A stretch of 64,000 nt of DNA from Podarcis vaucheri (Eukaryota): the NCBI GenBank assembly GCA_965113315.1, contig OZ220367.1; one strand, 5' to 3'. Position 1 is the stretch's first letter. The number at the start of each line of letters is the position of its first letter. Both the position numbers and the translations under genes were made by a program. The notes below the pieces were generated by a model. The model searched no databases. It saw only the letters and a list, made by a program, of their open reading frames with translations, and had not been told where the DNA came from. Shown here piece by piece: positions 1 to 11,642 of the stretch.

Positions 1-129
1 TTGCTTGCCTTTTCTCTAAACTAAAAACAAACCCAATGCTGCCACCTTTCCTCAGGGCACCGGCTCCATCCCCTTGCTTAGATTCCCTCTACCAAAGCTG
101 AAAGCAGCCTGAAGTTCCTCCTGATCGTG

Positions 130-660
130 AATGGGAAACAGCTGGCGAAGCCGGCGGCCTGCCAGGGAAGGGATCTCTTCCTAACCTGCTCCACGGAGCC
201 CGTTCCTTGCAAGCGCTCCGTGTCCCTCGGATGGCAAGCGCCTTTGGAAACGCGGAGCAGGCGCTTGCCGGCGAGCAGCCCCCCCGCCCCTTCCCAAGCT
301 AATCCTTTTAAAACCGAAAGCCCCTTAACCCGCTGGCGAGAAGCTTAGCCGGGCCTCGCCCACCCACCGGCTTCCTCTCGGAGGTTTTTGGGGAGCGCAG
401 GGCGCGGCGAGGCCCGGCGGCGCGTCGGGGTGCAAAGGCTGCCCGTGCCGGCCAGGCGTCGGTGGCGGCGTCGGCGCTGCTGCAGCGGCTGCTCCTCCTG
501 CGAGCAGGGAGGCGCGCGCGCGCTAGGGCGCAAGGCTGGCAGTGGCTGCGGGGAGCCCGGCGGAGGAAGGAACTTGTCCCTTCCCTCTGGACTCGCGCCC
601 CCCCCAGATGTTGCGCCCGGTGCGGCCGGCACCCTTGGCACCCCCCACGCTACGCCACTG
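130..660 (-). promoter_or_regulatory. CpG island; probable promoter/non-coding first exon of the neighbouring minus-strand gene (CHST15 by synteny)
   Basis: Dense CpG/GC-rich tract in AT-rich surroundings. Minus-strand donor-like CCG|GTGGGT at 368/367. The gene identity is inferred only from recalled amniote order CHST15-OAT-NKX1-2; no coding sequence is seen. Confidence 0.6.
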
Positions 661-1098
661 CATACACACAAACCTGCTCTACTTGCTACCTGAAGGCAGA
701 AGCAACAAAGCACACATTTGTAACATCTGCTCCCTTTTGCCAAGAAGGCTTGGTAACATATTGCGTTGAACATAAAATCATAGAATTGTTGAGTTGGGCT
801 GAAATGCAGAGGAACTTCCTGAACACCTTGTTAGTCTAGATGTATGACTCTTGCTTAAGATTTGAAAGGTCCCAGGTTCAAATCCCAAGCTAAGACTTTA
901 CATTGCTTTATTTGTTTATTTATTTATGCTGGGATGGGTGAAACTTCTGATTTTCCTTCAAAAAGAAAGTGAGTAACGTCAAATGTCCATCAGGGCCTGT
1001 CAGAGTTTTTCTCTTCTTCCTTCAGTGAGCAGCATGAGGTGCTATGAGCTCTGCTGAACCACACTCGTATGGACAGGGGGCAAAATACTAAATACCTG

Positions 1099-1172
1099 AG
1101 GCACCACTGGGAGTCGAACCCAGGATCTCCTGTTTACTAGACAGGTGCTTTAGCCAGCTTAGCCATGGTGCC
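1099..1172 (-). tRNA. tRNA-Thr(AGT), variant copy or young pseudogene
   Basis: Minus strand reads GGCACCA TG GCTA AGCTGGCTA AAGC A CCTGT CTAGTAA ACAGG AGATC CTGGG TTCGACT CCCAG TGGTGCC T. Full cloverleaf, AGT anticodon, intact A box and B box, TTTT ~14 nt downstream. One D-stem mismatch. Confidence 0.88.
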
Positions 1173-3379
1173 TGATGCTGCATGCCTGGCCCACTCACTT
1201 CCAGGTAACAGGAGATGAGCATTGTGTAAGCATCATGCACTTCCTTAAAGTCCTTGGGACGGGCATGTCGGCATGATCCTATGTCTGGTCATCACTCCCA
1301 GATCTCCTGCTTTCCAGCTGCCCCTGGAGGCTAGTACTTGTTTTTAAAAGAGAAACAAGGTCAGGCTTTGGAGTATCTCATGGAATTTAGTGGCCGTGTA
1401 AGAGGAGCATTGTCAGCTTTGGGACCCACCAAATTCCAAAACAGAGTTTATCGTGCACCTTATGAATGCTTCAGGGTTTCAGATGTGTGTGGGAAGGGGG
1501 AAGAAGATATACCACCCACATCTGGCAGAATCCATCTTATCTCTATATACATGTTTTCTAAGATCAACATGCAAGTTTGGAAAATTCAAGCACAAGAGAT
1601 ATGCCACATCCTCCCCCTCTTCCTCCTGCTATGCAGCGGCGATTAAATTGTTGGTAGGTCAAGCACTACATGTTTGGAAAATTAATGCTTCTACCTACAA
1701 GAAGCAAATCCATACCTTCATCAGACCCCTGGAGAAAAGCATCTGTTTGGCCACTGTAGGAACCAAATGCCTCTCATCTGGCAGCTGATGAGGTTATGGA
1801 TTTTCTACTTGTAGGCAGTAGTGGAGGGTGGGGTGGCGGTACTTACTTGACCTCCCAACAATTTCATCACCGCTGCTAACCAGGAGGTAGAGTGGGATGA
1901 TGTGGCAGGTCTCTTGTGCATTGATTTGGTATGATCTTTATTTGGTAGGCATCCTTCCTGATATATAGATTTGTTCAGGCATCCATCTTAATGAATAAAC
2001 TCAACATGGGGTTTTCTATTTGCAGGAGTGCTTAAGCTGTGTGACTCCACCTATGCTCAACTTTTATATTTGTAAATAAACCCAAATACTGCAAAAACAA
2101 AACAAAAAAGTCTAAAACCCAACATCTTAATTATCCAGTCTTTTCTGCTTCCAAAGGAAACCAAGCCCAGGGAAATGCTGTTCCTGAAACTTCTCAGCAC
2201 TCGGTGGGGAACACATCACTATCTTTTGACTTCACAATGTTCTGACTTTACAGAGGTAGTAGGGTGGTTGTTTTTTTCCTAATTCTGTTTATATACACTG
2301 AAATGCTCCAGGGACGGAAGATGCACTGCTTGGATTTACCAGGGTGGTGCAGACCTGCAAGGAGTTTGGCTGCAGCTCAGAGAAGCTCCAGAGTGCTGCT
2401 GCTCAATGAAGCAAGTGGAAACATGATCAGAGCAGACTTGGGCCTAGAATACCAAAAGGGTGGTAATGCTTAATTTATAAATCTTCCAGATTGATGTAAG
2501 TAGCAGTGCATCCTCAGAAAGAAAAGTGGCTCTTACCGTATTGACCTAAGAGATATCAAGTAGCCAGGATTTCCTGCTTCCTTATCATTAAGGTTGGAAG
2601 AGGAACCAGTGTCTCACCTGTCAGGACAGGCAAAGGCACTGGGTGCACAGAGCACTCTGGCTGCCACGACCCCCACCCCAATCCCGTTCCTGGAAGCGCA
2701 GGTCATCCTGTTAATTGGACTTTGATTGGAGTAAACTACAGGCACGTGCCAGAGACAATGAGATAAGAAACTGCAAAAACAACCCAGCTACAAGGATGAA
2801 ATGTTTGGATTGAGTGCAGATTTTATTCGGTGAAAGAGACGATGCGGGGAGGGGAGCCCATGGTTTGCTTAATTAAGGTTTTTCTCTACATTTTGATATG
2901 GCAACCCTCGCCCCACTCCAGAATGCAAGATTTAAAAATATCTGCACAAGTGAGGATGGAGGGAACTGGAATATAATATGGAATTTAACAAAACTGGAAC
3001 TTCGTGTGAGAGAGAAAGGAACTGAGAGGGAAAGAGGGGGAAATGCTATGCTTTTAAAATATAGAGCAAAATCCTCCCTAACCTCGATTATCCACAAAGG
3101 AATGTGTTTGAGATAAGGATAAATTACCGTAACTGAGCGGCAGGGAGGAAAGGGATCTACCAGCTGTGAGAATAGAAGTTTTTGGATTAACTATCTGCAG
3201 TCTGGATTCAGACCGTTCTTCCTAGGTTGGAAAAATGGCAAAGAGGGTTTTTTTTCCCTAGAAGCCAAATAATGGGACGAAACAATGCAGTAACTTTTGG
3301 AAACTGAGGTAACAGCTTCTTCTGATACATGACGGGAACCATCAACAGTTGCAGGAATAGAGGATAAAAAACTATATAT

Positions 3380-3515
3380 CAGGCATCCCCAACCTGCAGT
3401 CCTCCAGATGTTTTGGCCTACAACTCCCATGATCCCTAGCTAACAGGACCAATGGTCAGGGATGATGGGAATTGTAGTCCAAAATGTCTGGAGGGCCAAA
3501 GGTTGGGGATGCCTG
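3380..3515. mobile_element. hAT-type MITE (136 bp, near-palindromic)
   Basis: TIRs CAGGCATCCCCAA...TTGGGGATGCCTG; perfect 8-bp TSD CTATATAT (3372-3379, 3516-3523). Confidence 0.9.
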
Positions 3516-6196
3516 CTATATATGGACGGGGAAACTTCATGGGGGAAATTGTCACACGTAGGAAAGAATAAGGATTACAGCTAAAGTTCCTCACTTGAAA
3601 CTTTATAAATTACCTGTTATACCAACACGAATTGAAATCACAAGATTGTAGCTGTTATATAAGGGATTATTATATCTGAATGAAATGGAAATTATTAACA
3701 CTTTGGAATGCATAAAAAATGTAGAAGAATGAACTTATCAACTGTAGCATGCAAGGGAGCCAGTTTAATTAATTTGTATAATTTGACATTTTAATAATTG
3801 GCATTAATAATTGCATTAATTGGATAAAATTGGTATTGTTATAATGAGGCTATTATTGGCACAATGCTGGAAAAGCAGTAAAAAAATCTATTTTTTTTAC
3901 AAAAGAGATATCAAGAAGCCCTTTATTTCTCCTGATCTCTTGTGCAATTTTTTTTGTATGATCCTTGGGTCCAATGCCAAAAGAAATACATCCTTCCTGG
4001 TATATATCTTTGTTAAGGCATCCGTCTTAATGATTAAACTCAACATGAAAAACCACATCTTCCATTATTTTCATCCACACAGATAAAAATTAGCTTCAAC
4101 TCTGGGACAAAGGGGAGAGTGGGGAAAACCCAACAGCAACAACAACAGACAAATCCTACTATGGATCACAACTGAGTTCTTGAGAACCTTTACTTTAGTA
4201 GCTGCTTGAACCAAACAGAGCAGCTTCCAATCCCAAGCAGTGCACTGAGTAAAGGTGAAGATTCTTGGAATATGATGTTTGCACTTGGCCTGAAAGTCAG
4301 GAAATTATTTGGTCACACCCTGCTGGGTTTCTCATAGCAGGCCCCAAGGGTTGAAGAAAACTGTGGTTATAGACCCTTCCTCTTTAAGATGGTGATGATG
4401 GGGGTGCTGAACAAGCATTGATTGTTGTTGCTTCCTGCCTCTCAAAATTATATCTTACTGCAGAGTTATTGCAGATGAATTATGTATGAGGCTGAAATCA
4501 CTTTTCCAAAGTACTTGCAGCCTCTAGCAGAGCTGCAAAACAGACCAAGGTCCATCTTCAGTCTATGTGGTTATAGCATTCTGCATGGCGTTATTCCATT
4601 GAAAATGAATGTGCTTAAATCATAACTGCTGCTATCAAGTATTTGTATCTAGATCAATCTTATCTCTGCCCTTTCATTGGTTGGGGCCTGCTGAGCAGAG
4701 TGTCCACTTCTAACTGCTAGGTGAGAAGAAATCTACTGTTAGCACTATTTGGTTTCCATTTAGCTGAATCAGTCTGTCTCTATTTCCTATCCGAGACAAT
4801 AAGGGACTCAGTTTGCTCAGACCTAATGGTTTATTGATCTGCTGCATGGCATATATGCCTTGTAATAAATAAGAAAAGGGGCAAAGGGTCCTTCATTTTA
4901 AATGCAAGACATGGCACTCCTTTAAAGTGTTTCTTTTGCCATCTGTATTAATTCACTGAAATTAGTCATTACCTGATTTCACGTCCCATTGATCCCAAGC
5001 GCAGACAGAACTCTCGGAGCTCAAAAAAAATTGGGAATAGTCCTGCCATTAGTATGGATAGAAGAGTTCTGTTTCGTTGCTTTATCAGCGAAAAGGTTCC
5101 TATCAAGCTCTTCTCAACACGGCTTGGGTTTTTGTGTATGCTTGAGACTGCCCTGTTCCGGGACTAATGAGGAAACGTCGCCAGCAATTCCAAATGCCTA
5201 GGATCAAAGATGGTGCAAAACGTCTACAAGTAGCTCCCTGAGAAAAGAGAATTACGACGGCCATATAATACCCAATCAGAGCCAAATAATGAGTCACACT
5301 GCTTGGGAATATTAGCATTCTACTCATTAACATGAAGAATGGACATTGATGCTATGCTAGCATGGAGCCATTTTATGTGCTGGGGAGGGGACTTTTCTTG
5401 TGGTAAGTTTGCTTTCCAGTGCCATTCTCCCTGTAGGTACCATAACCATGACTAATAACAGTCCCAGAGCATGCAATGTCTTCCAGAAAATGAAAAGCAC
5501 TTGCTCCTCTTTTCATCACTTTGTTATGCAAAGTTCATTTATTCAGAAAGGTAGTGTCCAGTCCTGGTTTATTCCTTTTCTGGAACTCATTGCATAGCCC
5601 TGAAGGTACTATTTTTCTGTGTTGCTTGCTGCACACAGCCATATATTGCCCAGTGGGGGCATTAAGACCAATGAATTGGCTTGTGGTGATACAGAGGCAG
5701 ACATTTTCATTGGTGACTCTGGTGTTGTGGAATGCACTTCCTCCTGAAATATGAGAGGTCCTGGCATTCCACCAGCTGTGTAAACACACATGTTTGCAGA
5801 GACATTTCCTTGATCTCTTAACTTGAGTCTCCTGTTTTAATTGCTGTTTTGTTTCAAGCATCCTGTCTCATCTGTTCTTCTCTTCCTCATAATTCCCAGC
5901 TATATCTTGTCGTTTGAACTCTCCCTCTTTCTGGCCATCTCCTTCTCTCTGTCTGCTGTTGGCTCTCCTCACTTCTCCGCCATCCCCAGTGCTGCCTGCA
6001 CATCCAGTCAGAACTTAAATGCCTTTTGGATAGGTAGCAACTCTACCCCCTTACTGTTTCCAACTGAATGCCAACATTCAGTTAACAATGAAAACATCTA
6101 AAGCCTTCATCAAAAGGACATTAGGCCGCTGGAAACAGTGTGAGTAAGTGAGTGAGTGGCTGAGGATGGGTGGGGGAATCCACTTGATTCCTTTAT

Positions 6197-6300
6197 CATA
6201 GGAACACAATAAGAGCCCTTCAGGATCAGGACAAAGGCCCATCTAGTCCAGCACCCTATTCTCACAATGGTCAACCAAATGCCTCTGAGAAGCCTGCAAG
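6197..6300 (-). mobile_element. CR1-type LINE 3' fragment
   Basis: GGATCAGG..AAAGGCCCATCTAGTCCAGCA..CT motif, typical of reptile CR1 3' ends (recognition only). Confidence 0.5.
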
Positions 6301-6461
6301 CCACCAACAGCCAACACCTGTAATATTCTCAATTTCTTACCAGTAGCAGAACTCATTCAGCCCCACTGGTGGATCTCAAAACTCTGAAGGTGGCCAATCC
6401 ACCATGATTCCTCGGATCAGGCATACACTGTTCTTCCCCTGCCAGTTCCCTTGTACTGTAA

Positions 6462-6895
6462 TTAATAAATAAATAAATAAATAATAATAAATTTTATTTA
6501 TATCCCGCCCTCCCCAGCCAAAACCGGGCTCAGGGCAGCTAACAATAAAACAGTACAAAAGTACAGCATAAACAACACTCTAAAATCATTCATTATAAAA
6601 TGAATTAATTCAAGCCACTGGCAACCATTGGGCCAGAGCTCCACGAAGATTGCCGAGGGAGGGAGTCAGGCTGTGCCCTAGCCAAAGGCCTGGTGGAACA
6701 GCTCTGTCTTGCAGGCCCTGAGGAAAAATGTAAAGTCCCGCAGGGCCCTGGTCTCTTGCGACAGAGTGTTCCACCAGATCGGAGCCACAGCCGAAAAAGC
6801 CCTGGCTCTAGTTGAGGCCAGCCTAACTTCTCTGTGGCCTGGGACCTTCAAGATGTTTTTATTTGAAGACCGTAAGTTTCTCTGTGGGGCATACC
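6462..6895 (-). mobile_element. L2-type LINE 3' end, 5'-truncated
   Basis: (TAAA)n/(TAA)n tail followed by TTTATATCCCGCCCTCCCCAGCC...CTCAGGGCAGCT 3' stem motif, then RT C-terminal-like sequence. The same 3' end recurs on + at 13731-13804. Confidence 0.65.
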
Positions 6896-8720
6896 ATGGT
6901 GAACCCTTGAAGTGTAGCTTATCACAGAAAATTAAGTCTGCTTAGTACTTTAATTGGCATGTCAATACACTTCAAGAATGCCTTGCCTAAAATGTGGCAT
7001 GACCCTCTCCAGAATTTTTCCCAGTAGTTCAGCAGTCCCAGTAACTACCGGGGTCCCTGCATCTGTAATTAAGAAAGCAAAAGAGAGAGCTATGTGCTAT
7101 ATAGCCAGTGTAATGTGTAGTTTGGTCCTGAGAAACCCGTTGCTCTCTGCAAGTTGAGCTGTTAGGAGGCCCTATTTCATACCCTACGGGCTACAGCCAA
7201 ACAGGATAAATGTCAAAAAATATTAGCAACATCTTTCTAAAGACTTTTCTCTGTTTTCTAATGAGACATCAAAGACAAAAAGATTTATTTCAGAGAAAAC
7301 AGTAGCAATGAAAACTGACAATCAGTGAAGTGCCATGAAGTGGTAACCAAACAAAGTATTAAGGGAAATCCTTTGAAAGGTAGGATCCTAGCACAGCCCG
7401 GAGTAGATTTCCAATAAACAAACAAACAAACCAAACTATGGGCATGGCATGAACCAAACGGATTATTGCTCTTTTATCATCCTTTGAACTAAATCCTGCT
7501 TGGCATTCTCACCCCTAAAGTCAGAGGAAATAACCATACAAATCAATTTAGTGGGATTCAAACCTCCTGGCCAGATTCTAACCTCATCAACATCACTTTA
7601 TATTGTGGCAAAACCTCCATTTATTTCAGTGTATGCATTTCCAGTTTCTGCAAAGCCAAGTCTGTGGCAGCTTTGTTGAAATGAATTTTTTTTCTTGTGT
7701 TTGGCACTTCAGTCCTAAATACATAGACTTGGAAAGTAAACCCAACTTACTTCATTGTAAGAAAGTTTCAAATACATGTATTTATGATCTAAACTTAGCA
7801 GCTCTGTTCTATATAGTTGTGTTAGTTCTTCTGGCATTAATAGCAAAAATTGTATGACAATATTGGCAAGTAAGGGCTCATCCTGACTCTCAGCTGCCCC
7901 AACCCCAATAGATGGCAAGAGAGAATCAAATATTTGTAGAACAGAGCATGCACATTGTCAAACAAAATCAAATACTGGAAGTAAAATATAATTGCCTGCC
8001 AAATTCTATCAGACATCAAATATCAGGTGTCAAATGGCATAAGCTGTCAGATATTGAATATTTTCTAAGTTCTAACAGAAGTTGTCAAATACAAAATATA
8101 ACCGCATATTAGCCAATACTGTCAAATATAAAATTTCCAATATCAAACATTGAAATCAAATACCAAATTTTCCTGGATATCAAATACTTATGCTGAATGC
8201 AAATATTCAATGATCATTTTGAGCAGAATGGATGGAGACAGAATCAGTGGTATCAGGTTTATTGCCTGTAAGCAGGAGGACCATTCGGCTGCTATGACTG
8301 TATCTATCTTCAGTGGCCTATTTACCATAGTAAATTTGCACACCAGAATTGTATTTGATAGTAAACCCTGAGTATAGTAAACACCACAGAAGCAGACTCC
8401 TTCCTTCTAAACCCTGAACAATTACCAAAGTGTCTAAGAATTTGCCTTCATCTCACACCACTTTCACACGCCAAAAAACATTCACAGCATGACAGCTTCC
8501 TGTAATCCTCAACGCGCACACATATCCCTAGATAGCTCAGAACAGTTTTAACAAAATATTGCTCTGAAGGTACACTCAAGCAACTTACTGAAGGCGGCTA
8601 AGGAGCTTGTTTACACCCAGCATACTTGAAGGACTAAGTACATCACAATCTTAAGCATGCTTACTCAGAAGGAAGTCCTGCTGAGCTCCTTAACAGGGTC
8701 TTTACCCCTACTAAGGCTGC

Positions 8721-9127
8721 TGTCACGGTCTGGTTCACGGGCGATCAAAGTCCCGGCTGAGGATGTCGGGACCGGGGGCAAGATGGCAGAGTGGGAGCAG
8801 GAACAGAAGTCCAGAAGCCAGGAGTCAGAAAGCCAAGGGTCTGAGGGTCAGGAAGTAAGGAGTCATGAAGTCAGGGGTCCGAGGATCAAGAAGGAAGGAG
8901 TCAAGGAGCCAAACACAGCAAGGCAGGGAATGTGTTGCTGCAGCAAAGAGCTGAAGGGAAATGCTGACCTTATATCCTTTCCTGGCTCTTGCCACCAGGT
9001 GCTGTGAGTTACCAATCAGCCTCACTTATGTGGCTGCGCCTTGCCTCTTCAGAACAAACTTAGGAAGGCCCCAGTCCTGCAAAGTCCTACTGGTCACAGG
9101 GCCTGGCTCCTGCACGCACTCCTGACA
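8721..9127. mobile_element. solo LTR (Gypsy/ERV-like), 407 bp
   Basis: TGTCA...TGACA termini; perfect 5-bp TSD GCTGC (8716-8720, 9128-9132). Confidence 0.8.
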
Positions 9128-9882
9128 GCTGCTGCCAATCTGTCACTATTTTGTGGGTAGGATTCAATACCATACCAGTAAATTCAAGTTGTGCAGTTAA
9201 AGTGAATTGGGCACTGGTAAGTGTGGGATAACACCTATTTGATGTGATGACCTATGACCCTGCCACAAATAAACGTGAATGCGTGCTCAGTGAACAGTAG
9301 ACCTTCCTGCAAATTTTGTGCAAACATGTCAGAAAGAATGCATAATGAGCAGGTCATCTGGAAGTGAGTTTTGTGTTCTTAGGGTTGCAGTCGCTGCTGC
9401 TCCCAGCTCCTTGTGATTATACTACCAGGGTTATTAGCTGCAAATTTCTTAAAGACTGGTCACTGAAGAAATGCAATTCCTGGTGATTGTGGTCTCATCA
9501 TTTTCTGTCTCTGGTTCTATGTTGTGTGTTTCCTGTACAGTACTTAGGAAAGCCCACTGCAGAAACATTTTTAATAGCACTGGATCTTATTTGTAATTTT
9601 AATGCCCCCCAGGAAACTTAGAACTTGGCATATCCTGCCCTTGCTGCAATTCCTGGATTAATAGTCAGGGCAAAGTGTGAACTTTGAGTATTTCCACATG
9701 CCCAAAAAGCTTCTGCCTTTATAGCAACGAATTGCCTTGAACAGAAGGTACACGAGCATTTGAAGTAGAGCAACCTGCTGCTTTGCTTTCCCAACTATCT
9801 TTGGGTGCCACACAGGTTTTTAAGAAGATTCCTCTCATTGCCCCCCTCCTCTGCATTGACATCTCACCATATTGAAAGAAGT

Positions 9883-10902
9883 TACAGATAGGTAGCCGTG
9901 TTGGTCTGCCATAGTCAAAATAAAAAAATTCCTTCCAGTAGCACCTTAAAGACCAGCTAAGTTAGTTCTTGGTATGAGCTTTTGTGTGCATGCACACTTC
10001 TTCAGATAGACTGAAACAGAAGTTGCCAGATCCTTCTATATAGTGAGAAGGTGGGGAGGGGTATTACTCAGAAGGGTGGTGGGAATGGGAGATTGGCAGA
10101 TAGCTGAGATGAGCCTGTTGACGACTCTTAACGACTGCAATAGGTCTTACAGGAAAAGGCAAGGGGTGAGAAGGTGAAAAATGGCTTAGTCATGTATAAT
10201 GAGATAAGAATCCAATGTCTCTGTTCAGACCAGGTCTCTCCATTGTTTTAAGTTTGGTAATGAGTTGCAATTCAGCAGCTTCTCTTTCCAGTCTATTTCT
10301 GAAATTCCTTTGTAGTAAAACAGCTACTTTGAGATCTTGTATAGAATGTCCTGGGAGATTGAAGTGTTCTCCTACTGGTTTCTCTGTTTTGTGATTCTTG
10401 ATGTCAGATTTATGTCCGTTTATTCTTTGGCGTAAGGTTTGGCCTGTTTGTCCAATATAGAGAGCTGAAGCACACTGTTGGCATTTGATGGCATACACAA
10501 TGTTAGACGATGAGCAATTAAATAGTCCCGAGATGGTATGTGTGATGTTGTTGGGGCCAGTAATGGTGTTGTCCGGGTGTATGTGGCAGCAAAGTTGGCA
10601 TCTGGGTTTATTGCAGGCTCTGGTGCCAGTGTCCGTGTTAAGTCTGGTTGTAGTATTATTGTGGGTTAGGAGTTGTTTAAGATTGGGTGGCTATCTGTAG
10701 GCAATGAAAGGTCTTCCTCCCAGAGCTTGAGAAAGAGAACTGTCATTGTCCAGGAGAGGTTGTAGATCTCTGATGATGCGTTGTACTGTTTTAACTTGGG
10801 AGCTGTATGTGATGACTAGAGGTGTTCTGTTATTTTCTTTTGGGGGGCTGTCTTCCAGCAAGTTCTCTCTGGGTATCAGTCTGGCTCTGTTGATCTGTTG
10901 AT
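9883..10902 (-). mobile_element. Penelope-like retroelement (Neptune-type), 5'-truncated, with pLTR
   Basis: Minus frame reads ...CNKPRCQLC...FNCSSSNIVYAIKCQQC..LYIGQTGQTLRQRINGHKSDI..HFN..H..E...GLN (Cys linker plus GIY-YIG endonuclease). 15-bp flanking direct repeat CATATTGAAAGAAGT (9868-9882, 10903-10917). Hammerhead-like motif in the 3' part. Confidence 0.9.
10190..10900 (-). pseudogene. GIY-YIG endonuclease and linker of the Penelope-like ORF (truncated, in-frame TAG near 10693)
   Basis: ORF 10190..10498 has the VY/YIG-T-R-H-E-N GIY-YIG motifs. The frame continues upstream through the Cys-rich linker, with one stop (AYR*PPNLK). Confidence 0.85.
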
Positions 10903-11416
10903 CATATTGAAAGAAGTCACAGTAACGTCAATGTCAAATGCTAGCTAGATTGACCAATTTCACTAGTTTTTCAGAAAGCAGCATGGTCGCAAGAAGTCTT
11001 AAGAAAAGTAGTTTTAGTTTACTATTTAGTTTTCCTATTTACTCACAATGGTTTAGGGAAACCATTGAAGTATAGATTGATTTCAGTAAGCAAAGTTCTC
11101 AGTTGGAAGAGTGCTTCATTAATTCAGCTGTGGTCAATAGCCTCTTGACCCACCAATAAAGCATTAAATATAATCTGGATTCCTTAGACTTCTAGTCAAA
11201 CACTTGAGTCTTTGAATGGGTTTACCGTGATGATGTGCAGAGTGACCTTCCATGATTTGACCTTGGCTAAATCTATATTGCAGGAGTTATTTTCATTGAT
11301 GCATTCATGATTCATGGGTGAAAGATAGCCATATTATCACTAATGATCAATCAGCATTTTCCTCCCTTAAGTCTTATTCTAAGAGTTGGCAGGCACATAA
11401 AAGAATATGAACACTA

Positions 11417-11642
11417 CAGTGGTACCTCAGGTTAAGAACTTAATTCCTTCCAGAGGTCCGTTCTTAACCTGAAACTGTTCTTAACCTGAAGCACCACTTT
11501 AGCTAATGGGGCCTCCTGCTGCCGCTGCGCCTCCGCTGCATGATTTCTGTTCTCATCCTGAAGCAAAGTTCTTAACCCGAGATACTATTTCTGGATTAGC
11601 AAAGCCTGTAACCTGAAGCAACTGTAACCCGAGGTACCACTG
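11417..11642. mobile_element. Tigger/pogo-type MITE
   Basis: TA-CAGTGGTACCTC...GAGGTACCACTG-TA; same family as 22967, 56893 and 59047. Confidence 0.88.

Noticed and set aside
127-839. GC-rich ORFs (73-142 aa) at the window start
   Set aside because: Overlapping ORFs on both strands with Arg/Ala/Gly/Pro bias and no recognisable domain; typical CpG-island artefact.
860-890. B-box-like GGTTCAAATCCC near the tRNA
   Set aside because: No cloverleaf; probably a decayed SINE head.
2700-3900. Possible decayed L1/Tx1 ORF fragments
   Set aside because: Purine-rich and LINE-like, but too degraded to assign motifs or boundaries.
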